A stretch of DNA of 64,000 nucleotides from Candidatus Micrarchaeota archaeon (GTDB lineage Archaea > Micrarchaeota > Micrarchaeia > Anstonellales > J096): contig WAMF01000003.1 in assembly GCA_015522475.1 (NCBI GenBank), positions 33,043 to 97,042 of the forward strand, in the 5' to 3' direction. Positions 29,214 to 38,962 of the stretch are shown one piece after another. Made by a program: the position numbers and the translations under genes. The notes under the pieces are model-generated. The model made no database searches and was not told where the DNA came from. It worked only from the letters and a program-made list of their open reading frames with translations. Position 1 is the stretch's first letter; each line of letters opens with the position of its first letter.

Positions 29214-32200
29214 CTACTTAAGGTTAACAGCAGTTCTTACCTTATATTTAAATGTGGGATGGAATTGTGTAGGTGGCTCTACGTTTATCTCTTCTTTCCC
29301 AAAGTAATTCGCATGTAAATATTCACTAAATCCTTTCCTGTTGCTTATACCTCCTGCTTTATCGCTTATGTAAAGGCTTAAGTCGTTTTTCTCTGCAAAG
29401 TCCTTAATCCTCTTCATGACTTCATCTATAAATTCATGCTTCTTTTCAGTGGATAAGCCTGAAGTAAAGCTTTCAGAAGGGTCAAAGCCTATGATGATAA
29501 GAGAGTCCTTGCCTTTTATATTCCTCACAATACTTAGCACAGCCCCTTTAATCTCATTATCTATGAATATCTTTATGACAAAGACCTCTTTCCTTATCAT
29601 ATCATAGGGATAATCCCCAAAACACGTGCCAGAATAGACACCTTGGAAGACATCTAAGAGCGTCTTCTTTGGTGTGAAAAACAGCACAACATCCCTACTA
29701 ACAGCCTCTCTCTTCTCTTTTGTTTCCTTTATCTGTTTTTTTAAGTAGTTCATCTGCTCCAACAGTTTACTCTTACTCATAGCTGGCTCAAGGGCTTCCA
29801 GCTTAAAGTCATGCAAGGTATCTTGCAGAGGTGTGTTAAACTCCAAGAGAGTGTTAAACACGAGGGTTCTAAGCTCGGGTGTTACTTCTCCTCGTAGGTA
29901 CTTTTCAAAATCCTCTTCATGGCCACTTCTGTTTATAGCTTTCCACACTAAATAGTTCAACAACCCCTCATCTATATCTCGCCTTTTAATAATCATTCTT
30001 AAGAGATTCTCCTCGGGGACTTTGCCTGCCTTATACTTTTCTAAAAAATTTTTGTCGATGTTTAATTCAGCTGCTAATTTCTCAATATCTTCGTGCTTTA
30101 TTCTTTCCTTTATGCTTTCAAAATTTTCTTTAAGCTTTTCAATACCCTTCTCTAATTCTTCTCCATTCTCTATATAATCTCTATGAGTTTCTTTTAGGAC
30201 GCTTATGAACTCTTTCTCCACATCCTCTGGGACCTTTAACTCAACGTTAACAGCCATGAACTTGAACGCATATCTCCTAGTCTCGGGTTTCACTTTGATA
30301 GGAGCAGAGAAGTCCTTTAACTTTTCTTCAATTTCTTTATAGAATTCACGCTTTGTTTTTCCTTCTGCAGAGATGTGCAAATAATCTGCTACACCTTTTA
30401 TTTTCTCAAAATAGCCTTGGGGGTCTTTATCTATACTTAAATTTAAGCTCAATAATAGTCCTTCAAACAGTTCTGGCTTAGAGACTTCCTTTCCTTCCGC
30501 CAGCTCGTTAATGAACTCATTATACTCTTTAATAACAGCATTTACAAGCTTATCCATAGCTGCCCTTCTTCTTTCAGGTGTTTTTATGTTGTTTAAGACG
30601 TCTTTCTTTTCATCAAATCTAAGCATGAGAATAGGATACATCGCCACAGGAAGCTCTCTTAGCTTCTTAACACTTGCTTTTGATAGATAATTTAGAAGAG
30701 GCTCAAATTTGTCTGAGTATATTGTGAAGATTGTTAAGATTTGATTATAGTCTAACTTAGCATCTATAGCCTTTTTTCCTAGCTCAATGAACGCATTGAA
30801 ACGCTCATCTGAGGTTATGAGCTTCTTAACTGCTGGGAATCCGAATTCCAAAATATACCAATAATCCACTCCTTTCTCAACAGCCTTTTTTCCTAGCTCA
30901 ATGAACGCATTGAAACGCTCATCTGAGGTTATGAGCTTCTTAACTGCTGGGAATCCGAATCGCAAGATATACCAATAATCCACTCCTTTCTCAACAGCCT
31001 TTTTTCCTAGCTCAATGAACGCATTGAAACGCTCATCTGAGGTTATGAGCTCCGTAACTACTGGGAATGCCCGCAAGATAGCCCCATAATCCCCTCCTTT
31101 CTCAACAGCCTTTTTTCCTAGCTCAATGAACGCATTGAAACGCTCATCTGAGGTTATGAGCTCCGTAACTATTGGGAATACCCACAAGATACACAAGATA
31201 GCCCCATAATCCACTCCTTTCTCAACAGCCTTTTTTCCTAGCTCAAGCAGTGCTCTTTCCATTTTCAATTTTGTCAACTCATCCCCATCAATTCTTGTTG
31301 CAAGGTCGGATGCAACCTTTTCTATTCTTGATACCATCTCTGTTGTAAAGTCTCCCTTCATGTCTTGAATCTCTTTCCTAAGCTCATCAACGGTTTCTTT
31401 TGAGGACCCTTCCCCTGCTACCCCTCCTAAATTCCTCTTAGCTATAATGAACTCAAAATCCTCTTCGCCCAAATGACCTTCATGAACCTCCTTATATAAT
31501 GTTTTCCATCCTCTTCGCTTGTAGAACAACATTAATTGTGAGACTTTATTCTTCATTCTTGCATGTGTGGCAATGTACTTCACACCCTTTTCCTCTAATT
31601 GCCTCTTGAAGTCATTTAGCATCTTAAGCGTCAGGTTTTTATCAAGAGAGGCAATGTCATCAATATAATATACCTTTCCCTCTTTAGCAGCTTCTTCCAT
31701 ATTTCTGAATTCAGCTTCTCCCACTTTCTTTTTTATTTGTGTTTTGTCGTAGCTGTCCAATTCATATCCCGCTTCATTTATAGGGTTAGCCACAATAAAT
31801 GCCACGTACTTTCCATTCTTCTCTACAACAGTTACGAGAGAGTTTTCCTGAAACATCTCTTTAAATTCATCAAAATCTAATACAATATCTGGATTATCTT
31901 TGAAGGCTTTCTTTTCAACTTCATAAAGCTCTTTTAGCCTCTGTTTTAGTTCCGTTATATTCGTAACGATCCTGACGGCTTTATCTGATGTGTCTATGTT
32001 TGATATAGGAGTATTAAACCCTCCTTGCGGATTCCTTTTTTGAGCTGATGTAGCTCTTTCTCCTTTCTCTCCTTTAGGAACTTGCTTAACTTCACTAAAA
32101 AAGTCTTTAATCTTCATAATCATTCTCTTTGCCTCCTCAGAGTCCCCCTCATTTTTATCTCTTTTTTCCTCTAATCTCTTTTGTATTTTAGAAAGGGCGT

Positions 32201-32363
32201 AAAGCGTCTTGTAGCGGCCTTTTATGAAGTTTGCAGCTTCGGGAAACTCATGAGGGTCGAGGCTTTGTAAAAACGAGAAAAGCTCCTGTCGTGTGCGTTT
32301 ATCCAACTCATCTAGCTTAATATTCTTCAAATTACAGGGAGGATCTTCTGGAAGTCCTTTCAT
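29214..32363 (-). CDS. large multidomain protein: weak GNAT-like domain, five helical tandem repeats, uncharacterised C-terminal domain
   Basis: 1049-aa ORF, more AT-rich than its neighbours. GNAT-like block VYYIDDIASL...NKVSQLMLFYKRRGWK. Repeats of the type SDERFNAFIELGKKAVEKGVDY. Confidence 0.65.
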   Translation of the reverse strand: MKGLPEDPPCNLKNIKLDELDKRTRQELFSFLQSLDPHEFPEAANFIKGRYKTLYALSKIQKRLEEKRDKNEGDSEEAKRMIMKIKDFFSEVKQVPKGEKGERATSAQKRNPQGGFNTPISNIDTSDKAVRIVTNITELKQRLKELYEVEKKAFKDNPDIVLDFDEFKEMFQENSLVTVVEKNGKYVAFIVANPINEAGYELDSYDKTQIKKKVGEAEFRNMEEAAKEGKVYYIDDIASLDKNLTLKMLNDFKRQLEEKGVKYIATHARMKNKVSQLMLFYKRRGWKTLYKEVHEGHLGEEDFEFIIAKRNLGGVAGEGSSKETVDELRKEIQDMKGDFTTEMVSRIEKVASDLATRIDGDELTKLKMERALLELGKKAVEKGVDYGAILCILWVFPIVTELITSDERFNAFIELGKKAVEKGGDYGAILRAFPVVTELITSDERFNAFIELGKKAVEKGVDYWYILRFGFPAVKKLITSDERFNAFIELGKKAVEKGVDYWYILEFGFPAVKKLITSDERFNAFIELGKKAIDAKLDYNQILTIFTIYSDKFEPLLNYLSKASVKKLRELPVAMYPILMLRFDEKKDVLNNIKTPERRRAAMDKLVNAVIKEYNEFINELAEGKEVSKPELFEGLLLSLNLSIDKDPQGYFEKIKGVADYLHISAEGKTKREFYKEIEEKLKDFSAPIKVKPETRRYAFKFMAVNVELKVPEDVEKEFISVLKETHRDYIENGEELEKGIEKLKENFESIKERIKHEDIEKLAAELNIDKNFLEKYKAGKVPEENLLRMIIKRRDIDEGLLNYLVWKAINRSGHEEDFEKYLRGEVTPELRTLVFNTLLEFNTPLQDTLHDFKLEALEPAMSKSKLLEQMNYLKKQIKETKEKREAVSRDVVLFFTPKKTLLDVFQGVYSGTCFGDYPYDMIRKEVFVIKIFIDNEIKGAVLSIVRNIKGKDSLIIIGFDPSESFTSGLSTEKKHEFIDEVMKRIKDFAEKNDLSLYISDKAGGISNRKGFSEYLHANYFGKEEINVEPPTQFHPTFKYKVRTAVNLK
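30730..31255. repeat. in-frame tandem DNA repeats (periods 114, 114, 111 and 120 bp) inside the large ORF
   Basis: The core CCTTTTTTCCTAGCTCAATGAACGCATTGAAACGCTCATCTGAGGTTATGAGC recurs at 30770, 30884, 30998 and 31109. A truncated fifth copy starts at 31229 and a diverged copy lies before 30770. Confidence 0.9.
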
Positions 32364-32406
32364 AGCTAATTTAGTGTTGAAAAGCGTTTTTAAACATACT
32401 CTAGAT

Positions 32407-33063
32407 CTATTTTCTCATCTTCTCCACCCTCCACACACTCAGCTTCTCCCAGTAGCCAGCAGGCTTTTCAGCGAGCTTTTGCCATCCTTTCTCTTTAAGT
32501 GCGCTGTGGAGTTCAGCCCATCTTTTATGAGCGCTCGAGACAAGTAAGAAGGCAGCGCCGCCTTCTTTCAAGTAATGGCCAACCTCTTCCATGTATCGCT
32601 CTATAATACCCTCGTCGTGCAGGGTTATGTCAAAGCTCTCGTCTTCTTCTTTGGAAAGATAAGGGGGGTTAAAGGCTATTGTAGAGTACTTATGCCCATC
32701 ATCGTCGGGAATAGCATTAAAGAGATCTGAGCGTATAAAACACACATCCTCTATGCCGTGCTCTTTAGCGTTCCGCTCAGCTACGCTCAAAGCCTCTGCG
32801 CTTATATCCGCACACGTCGCTTTTTGGCCTTTAAGCCACGCGTAGTTTAAGCATACATAGCCTGAACCGCATCCAATCTCTAAAAGGTCGCCCTTGCCTT
32901 TTTCTAAAAGCGTTGCCAAGAGAAGCTCGCTGTCTTCTGCTGGCCAATAGACGCCGGTCCATGCTTTAACCGTTAGGCGTTTCTTAGCTCCATCAGAAGA
33001 GGAATTCTTGTGCATCATGTTCTCGCCGCCTGCCACGCCTGCCACATTTGCCACATTTGTCAC
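32407..33063 (-). CDS. N5-glutamine methyltransferase, HemK/Mtq2-like
   Basis: VYWPAEDSELL, SAM motif LEIGCGSGY and catalytic NPPY. Length is about 200 aa, as in archaeal Mtq2. Confidence 0.7.
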   Translation of the reverse strand: MTNVANVAGVAGGENMMHKNSSSDGAKKRLTVKAWTGVYWPAEDSELLLATLLEKGKGDLLEIGCGSGYVCLNYAWLKGQKATCADISAEALSVAERNAKEHGIEDVCFIRSDLFNAIPDDDGHKYSTIAFNPPYLSKEEDESFDITLHDEGIIERYMEEVGHYLKEGGAAFLLVSSAHKRWAELHSALKEKGWQKLAEKPAGYWEKLSVWRVEKMRK

Positions 33064-33089
33064 AGCTGTCAGAAGCTGCCAAAGAATCG

Positions 33090-35723
33090 CTACTGTTGAT
33101 TTGACTTGCCGCTTGCTGCATTGGAAGAGAAAAGCATCTTTCTAAACTCGTCTAGCACAACAATGGAAGACGTTATTATAATAACGAGGATAAGCTCACT
33201 TGGACTGAGGAAAGCTATGTCAAAGAATGCCCTTCCTACACTCGTATAGACGAAGAGAAGCTGAAGTAGACCCATTATAAGAAGTGTATAAATAAGAACT
33301 CTGTTCTTCAAAAGCTTCTCGTAGAAATGGGACTTCATGGAACGCGCGTTGAGGGCATTCCACAGTTGGAAGAAGACAATGCTGTTGAAGCTTAGGGCTA
33401 GAGCCTTCTTGTAATTGGGCATGGCATTGAAGAAAAGCAAGGCTGAAACAGTTCCCATATAGAGAGCTGAAAGAAGCACAACCGTTATGAACTCGCGGTC
33501 TATAAGCTTAAACCCTTTATCCCACTTCTCAAGCACCTCCTTCTTTATAGGCTCAAAACCTTGGGCAAGGGCTGGCGGCCCATCCATTATAAGATTAACC
33601 CAAAGGATTTGTAGAGGCAATAACGTAAAAGCCGTTAAAGCATTGCTAGCTGCTTCTACGAAACCGTAGAAGAGGAGCGTTATAGCAGCAAAGTTAGCCG
33701 TGAGCTGAAAGCGGAGGAAGCTCTTTATCTTCAGCAGCGTATTTCTGCCGAGCTCAATAGCTTTGAGCAACGTGCTGAAGTTGTCATCTAGTAAGACAAT
33801 GTCTGCCACCTCTCTGCTTACAGTCGTGCCACTCTCGCCCATAACAACACCGACATGGGCCTTCTTTAAGGCCGGCGCGTCGTTAACACCATCGCCTGTT
33901 ACAGCTACAACATGGCCATGCGTCACTAAAGCATCGACGATACGAAGCTTACCGTTGGGCGTAACCCTTGCTATAACTTTGTGCTTCATAACCGCTTTGT
34001 ATAGAGAACCGTTGTCTAAATGAGAGAGGGCTTGCCATACAACCGCTGTGCCTTCTATACCCACTTCTTCAGCAACGGCTTGAGCAGTAAGTGGGTTGTC
34101 ACCCGTAAGCATGACAACGGCTATACCCGCCTTTTTGAGCGCAGCTATTGTTTCCTTAGCACCTTTCTTCGGCGGGTCCGAGAGGACAAGAAGGGCCAAG
34201 ACAGTAAGCTTTTCTCCTCTGCCCTTGGCAAACAGTAAAACCCTATGCTGCTTCTCTGCTTCCTTTCTCACCATAGCTTCTATCTTCGCCTTCCATTTAG
34301 GCGTTAGTGCATACTCCCTATCCCACAACACATGCGTCGCCCTATCAAGCACAACTTCGTGGGCACCCTTCATATAGACTGTGCCGTCTTCCATCTCAAC
34401 AGCCATGTACTTGCGTTCAGATGAAAAAGGAATAACGTCCTTAATCGCTTTCTTCTTAGGCAACTCCCCTAGCTTGTAGGCCTCTTCTAATATAGCTACA
34501 TCTACTTCGTTTCCGACAAAGCCCTTGTTTGTGTGCTTAGCCTCCGTCGGTATAAGCAAGGTATCAAAGAGAGATTTTATGCCCGGAAACCCATCCCTTT
34601 CATACTTACGGCCTCTATACCAAATCCTAATCAAGCGGACCTTGCCCTCTGTAATTGTGCCCGTTTTATCTGTGGCTACGACGTCCACTCTGCCTAATGA
34701 ATCCACTGTCGAAAGCCGTCTTACAAGAGCGTTGGCCTTTGCCATCTCCTTCGTACTAAGCCCTAAGATAATAGTTAAGACGGTCGTCAAGCCCTCGGGA
34801 ATAGCTGCTACAGCGAGAGTGACAGCCAAAAGAAAAAGCTCGACGAGATTAAAACCCTTAAGATAGCCAGCAGATATGAAAAGTAATATAATAACAACCG
34901 CTATTATTGATATCATCTTGCTTAGGTTGTTAACTTCTTTGTAAAGATGAGTCTCTTCTTCTTTGACCTCTGCCAAAGAGGTGCTTATACCCCCCACAAC
35001 CGTGTCTTTACCCGTGGCTATTGCTACACCCTTTGCATTGCCTTTCAGGACATACGTGCCAGCGAAAAGCATGTTCTTCCTCTCTGCCAAGGGCACGTTT
35101 TTCTTCTTTATAGCACCAACCTGCTTGGCAACAGCCTTGCTTTCTCCCGTCAAAATGGATTCGTCCACTTCGAGATCGTTCGCTTCTAGCAAGTAAAGGT
35201 CACAAGGCACCTTCTGTCCTCCATGCAAAAGGACAATATCGCCCGGTACGATGTAACGCGTGCTTATGTATTTAGTAGAGCCATCTCTAATAATAATGGC
35301 TTTCTCATCCATATAGCGGTTGAGTTCTTCGACGCTCTCATCTGCCTTGTATTCTGTATAGGCGCCGAAAGCCACCGACAAAATGACTGCCAAAAAGATG
35401 CCCAAACCCTCGATGAGCTGACCCAAAAACAAGCTAACGATACCCGCTAAAATAAGCAGCCAAAGAACGGTATTGCGGAATTGGCTTATGATAACCTGCC
35501 AAAGGCTTGCCTTTTTTTCCTCGCCCAGCTTATTTTCACCATACTTGCGAAGCCGCTTTTCAACTTCGCGCCTCTTTAAGCCGTGCGTAGCATCTGTAGC
35601 AAGCTTAGCTAACACGTCTTTTTTCGAGAGCATGTAGAATGTGGGCTTCTTTGTATCTTTACTCTCAACCTTGCTTTTATTGCCGCCTTTGGCCTTATAC
35701 TCCGCTTTTTCTCCCCTAGCCAT
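33090..35723 (-). CDS. P-type cation-transporting ATPase (P2, Ca2+-ATPase-like)
   Basis: TGES, DKTGTITEG, KGAHE, MLTGDN and TGDGVNDAPALKKAHVG, plus about 10 TM segments. Confidence 0.9.
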   Translation of the reverse strand: MARGEKAEYKAKGGNKSKVESKDTKKPTFYMLSKKDVLAKLATDATHGLKRREVEKRLRKYGENKLGEEKKASLWQVIISQFRNTVLWLLILAGIVSLFLGQLIEGLGIFLAVILSVAFGAYTEYKADESVEELNRYMDEKAIIIRDGSTKYISTRYIVPGDIVLLHGGQKVPCDLYLLEANDLEVDESILTGESKAVAKQVGAIKKKNVPLAERKNMLFAGTYVLKGNAKGVAIATGKDTVVGGISTSLAEVKEEETHLYKEVNNLSKMISIIAVVIILLFISAGYLKGFNLVELFLLAVTLAVAAIPEGLTTVLTIILGLSTKEMAKANALVRRLSTVDSLGRVDVVATDKTGTITEGKVRLIRIWYRGRKYERDGFPGIKSLFDTLLIPTEAKHTNKGFVGNEVDVAILEEAYKLGELPKKKAIKDVIPFSSERKYMAVEMEDGTVYMKGAHEVVLDRATHVLWDREYALTPKWKAKIEAMVRKEAEKQHRVLLFAKGRGEKLTVLALLVLSDPPKKGAKETIAALKKAGIAVVMLTGDNPLTAQAVAEEVGIEGTAVVWQALSHLDNGSLYKAVMKHKVIARVTPNGKLRIVDALVTHGHVVAVTGDGVNDAPALKKAHVGVVMGESGTTVSREVADIVLLDDNFSTLLKAIELGRNTLLKIKSFLRFQLTANFAAITLLFYGFVEAASNALTAFTLLPLQILWVNLIMDGPPALAQGFEPIKKEVLEKWDKGFKLIDREFITVVLLSALYMGTVSALLFFNAMPNYKKALALSFNSIVFFQLWNALNARSMKSHFYEKLLKNRVLIYTLLIMGLLQLLFVYTSVGRAFFDIAFLSPSELILVIIITSSIVVLDEFRKMLFSSNAASGKSNQQ

Positions 35724-35876
35724 TAAGTGGAAAGCTCAAGTAATCTTTATAAAATAGGGGGAGAACGTGAGAGGAAGGCAAGAAAATGAATAGAGAAGTC
35801 AAGTAAAGGCAAAACATGCTGGAGGTGTCACGTAAAACGCACCACGCTTTTAAACCCTTCTCAATAAAACCTACAT

Positions 35877-37679
35877 ATGTCCCCTCTGGATGGATCCAGC
35901 GTCGAAAAAGGCAAAAGCGCGGAGCAAACAATTAAGAACAGTGGAGCTAGAGAAAGAGAAGGTAAAACGGACAAGATTAGCGGCAAAGCTGGTAGTAAAG
36001 CCAACAGAGAAAGCAGCTCAAAAAGTAGCGGTGCATTCAAAGAGTACTCCGTAGCGGAATTTTTCAAGAAGAACAAACAGATGCTGGGTTTTTCGGGCAA
36101 GGTGAGAAGCTTAACAACAATTGTCCACGAATATGTGACAAACAGCCTTGACGCTTGTGAGGAAGCGGGCATACTTCCCAATATACGCGTCGAGGTGGAG
36201 CAGATAAGCCAAGATAGATACCGCGTCGTCGTAGCAGACAATGGTCCGGGCCTTCCCAAGCATCTCATAGGCAAAGCGCTGGCAAAGATGCTCACGGGCA
36301 CAAAATTCCACAGATACATTCAGCAAAGAGGGCAACAAGGCATAGGCGCTGCAGGAGCTACACTCTATGCTCAACTCACGACAGGCAAGGGCATACACGT
36401 TATAAGTGGATACAGAGGCAAGATGATAAGCTGCGACGTCAGCATAGACTTTAAAGCAAACGAGCCGAAGGTGGAAAATCTTGAGGAGCAAGAGAGCAGC
36501 TTCCACGGCCTCATCGTCGAAGGCGAGTTTGCAGACGTAAAATACGATGCAAGCCAGTATGGCGTCCTCGAGTATCTTAAACGAACAGCCATAGCAAATC
36601 CTCATGCAACAATCCAGCTCATAGCCCCCAACGGCGAGCGCCACCTCTTCGAAAGGAGTGTCAATGAGTTGCCTAGGCGCGTGAGGGAAATCAAGCCCCA
36701 CCCCTTAGGCATAAGTGCCCACGACTTATTGGATATAGCTGCAATAACACCAGCAACAAAGCTGGGCAGCATGTTGACGACAGAGCTCTCGCGTTTCTCT
36801 GCTGAAAAGCTAAGGCGGGTTGCTGAGCTAGCTGATGTAGACATGAACAAAAGCCCAAAAGATATGACTTGGTACGACGCTGAAAAGCTCGTCAAAGCCT
36901 TTAAGCAGCTCAAGTGGATAGCCCCACCCACAGACGTGTTAAGTCCTATAGGCAAGGAGCAAATCGAAAAGAGCTTATCCAACATACTCTTCCCTGAAAT
37001 TATATCTGTAGTCGAGCGCTCGCCAAAGGTGTTGTGGGGGGGTGTTCCTTTCCAAGTAGAAGCTGCTATAGCCTTCGGCGGTAAGATATCACGTAAGGGC
37101 GAAATTATGCGCTTCGCAAACAAAGCCCCTCTTCTATTCGACGCCGCCGGTTGTGCTATAACGCAAGTCGTCAAGAACATCGACTGGGGACGCTACGGCC
37201 TAAAAAAATTCGACGAGGAGCCTATAGTCGTATTGGTTAACGTCGTCAGCACACACATTCCATATGTAAGCGCTGGAAAGCAGGCCATCTCATCAGAAAG
37301 CGAGCTCACAGACGAGATAAAAAATGCCATACAAGAAGCAGCTAGGGGTATCAAACTACACCTTGTCCACAAGAGAAAAGCGGCTGAGCTAGCAAAGAAG
37401 AAAAAGGCTTTCCTACGCTACGTCGGCCAAATAGCTGCAGACCTCTCGGCGCTGTCCGGCGCTTCGAAAGAGGAGATTGAAGAAAGGATTAAATACATCA
37501 TAGAGCATAGATTTGATATGGGCAAAGGCAGAGAGCGAACAGAGGCTGAACTTGCCAGTGTAGAAGACGCGAATGAAAGAAAAGGTGCAGTCAGTGAAGG
37601 GAGTGACGATAGTAAAGGGAAGAAAGGTGAGATCGCAACGGACACAAGAAACACAACAGACGTAGCAGAAGGAATGTAA
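35877..37679 (+). CDS. top6B: DNA topoisomerase VI subunit B
   Basis: SVAEFFKKNKQMLGF and HEYVTNSLDACEEAG (Bergerat fold N box), GPGL. The N- and C-terminal charged extensions make the exact start uncertain. Confidence 0.9.
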   Translation: MSPLDGSSVEKGKSAEQTIKNSGAREREGKTDKISGKAGSKANRESSSKSSGAFKEYSVAEFFKKNKQMLGFSGKVRSLTTIVHEYVTNSLDACEEAGILPNIRVEVEQISQDRYRVVVADNGPGLPKHLIGKALAKMLTGTKFHRYIQQRGQQGIGAAGATLYAQLTTGKGIHVISGYRGKMISCDVSIDFKANEPKVENLEEQESSFHGLIVEGEFADVKYDASQYGVLEYLKRTAIANPHATIQLIAPNGERHLFERSVNELPRRVREIKPHPLGISAHDLLDIAAITPATKLGSMLTTELSRFSAEKLRRVAELADVDMNKSPKDMTWYDAEKLVKAFKQLKWIAPPTDVLSPIGKEQIEKSLSNILFPEIISVVERSPKVLWGGVPFQVEAAIAFGGKISRKGEIMRFANKAPLLFDAAGCAITQVVKNIDWGRYGLKKFDEEPIVVLVNVVSTHIPYVSAGKQAISSESELTDEIKNAIQEAARGIKLHLVHKRKAAELAKKKKAFLRYVGQIAADLSALSGASKEEIEERIKYIIEHRFDMGKGRERTEAELASVEDANERKGAVSEGSDDSKGKKGEIATDTRNTTDVAEGM

Positions 37680-37690
37680 GAGGTGTGAGC

Positions 37691-38863
37691 ATGGAAAAGG
37701 ACACAGAAGGAGAGCCAAAAAAAGATGCCGAACCGAACAAAAGCAAGGGTAAAGCTGGCGAAATTGACGGCGATACCCTAGCTCTTCAGCGCCTAAAAGC
37801 ACTCGGCCATAGGATGGTCGAAGAGATTGAACTGGGAGAAAGTCCTGCCTTTGAGACAGTAGTTAGAAGCAAAGGCAACGTTATATTCGACGAAGAAGGT
37901 GGATTCCTCAGACTCGGCCAAAAGAGAGAAAGGCGGCGCTTCCTCAACTTAAGCCAATCGAAGATTTTCATGCAGACGCTGGCTGTAGCTGCCAAAACCA
38001 AGAAGTTTATAGAGGAAGACTTGCACACAAGCATAAGAGGTCTCTACTACCAGCTCAAATTCACGATGGGCGAAGACCTTGATGAGAATCTCTTCGACGA
38101 GCAGAGTGAAAGCAACGCGCTCATAGAAGACCTGGAAGCGGCGCTAGGTGTCAAGAGAGAGGATCTTCACTTAACCACTGATAGGAAGGGTGTAATGGCA
38201 GGCCCCATTGTAATAAAAGACCACTTTGCCGGCGAGGACGTATACATAGATGGAAGAAAACAAGGCCGAAGCGGTTGGGCCATCCCCTCCGACGTAGACA
38301 ACGACATGGAAATCGTAGAGCTAGATGCTAACTACGTCCTCGTAGTCGAAAAAGATGCCATGTGGCAGCGTCTGAACGAAGATAGGTTTTGGCAGAAAGA
38401 AAAGGCCATTCTCATAACACCAAAGGGCCAAAGCTCAAGAGGTGTAAGAAGGCTCATACGAAAATTGGCAGATAGGGGCTTGCCCATAATCGTGTTCACA
38501 GACAGCGACGCATGGGGTTGGTATATCTATTGGACAATAAAAACGGGCTCTATGAACCTTGCTTACTTAGGCAGGGATTTCTCCGTGCCGGAGGCGAAAT
38601 TCGTCGGTGTGACAATGAGTGACATAGAGGAATACGACTTCTTAAAAAAACTCACAATAAAGGCAAAAGAAGTGGATGTGAAGAGGGCAAAGGACATGCT
38701 TAACTATCCCTGGATAAAAAAGCATCCAGAATGGGTGCACGAACTCAAACTCGTACTCAAGACAAAGAAAAAGTTGGAGCAAGATGCCCTCCAAGGCCCT
38801 AGACTCACATTTGTGGGCGACTACTTAAGGGAGAAAATACACGAAAAGAAATTTTTGCCTTAG
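37691..38863 (+). CDS. top6A: DNA topoisomerase VI subunit A (Spo11 family)
   Basis: RGLYYQL region (catalytic Tyr), Toprim VVEKDA and FTDSDAWG. ATG chosen because GAGGTG lies 8 nt upstream, just after the top6B stop. Confidence 0.9.
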   Translation: MEKDTEGEPKKDAEPNKSKGKAGEIDGDTLALQRLKALGHRMVEEIELGESPAFETVVRSKGNVIFDEEGGFLRLGQKRERRRFLNLSQSKIFMQTLAVAAKTKKFIEEDLHTSIRGLYYQLKFTMGEDLDENLFDEQSESNALIEDLEAALGVKREDLHLTTDRKGVMAGPIVIKDHFAGEDVYIDGRKQGRSGWAIPSDVDNDMEIVELDANYVLVVEKDAMWQRLNEDRFWQKEKAILITPKGQSSRGVRRLIRKLADRGLPIIVFTDSDAWGWYIYWTIKTGSMNLAYLGRDFSVPEAKFVGVTMSDIEEYDFLKKLTIKAKEVDVKRAKDMLNYPWIKKHPEWVHELKLVLKTKKKLEQDALQGPRLTFVGDYLREKIHEKKFLP

Positions 38864-38962
38864 AGGAAAGAAATGGAGGGAAAGATGGGTGTAAGGCAGA
38901 GAAGTAGAAGGCAGAATGGCGGGATTGTATATAGAGCAAAATAATGAAATGGAGGGGGTAAA

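Noticed and set aside
30730-31255. Regularly spaced near-identical repeats that could at first glance be a CRISPR array
   Set aside because: The units are 111-120 bp and contiguous, with no unique spacers. They stay in frame within a 1049-aa ORF and translate into a sensible repeated peptide. They are coding tandem repeats.
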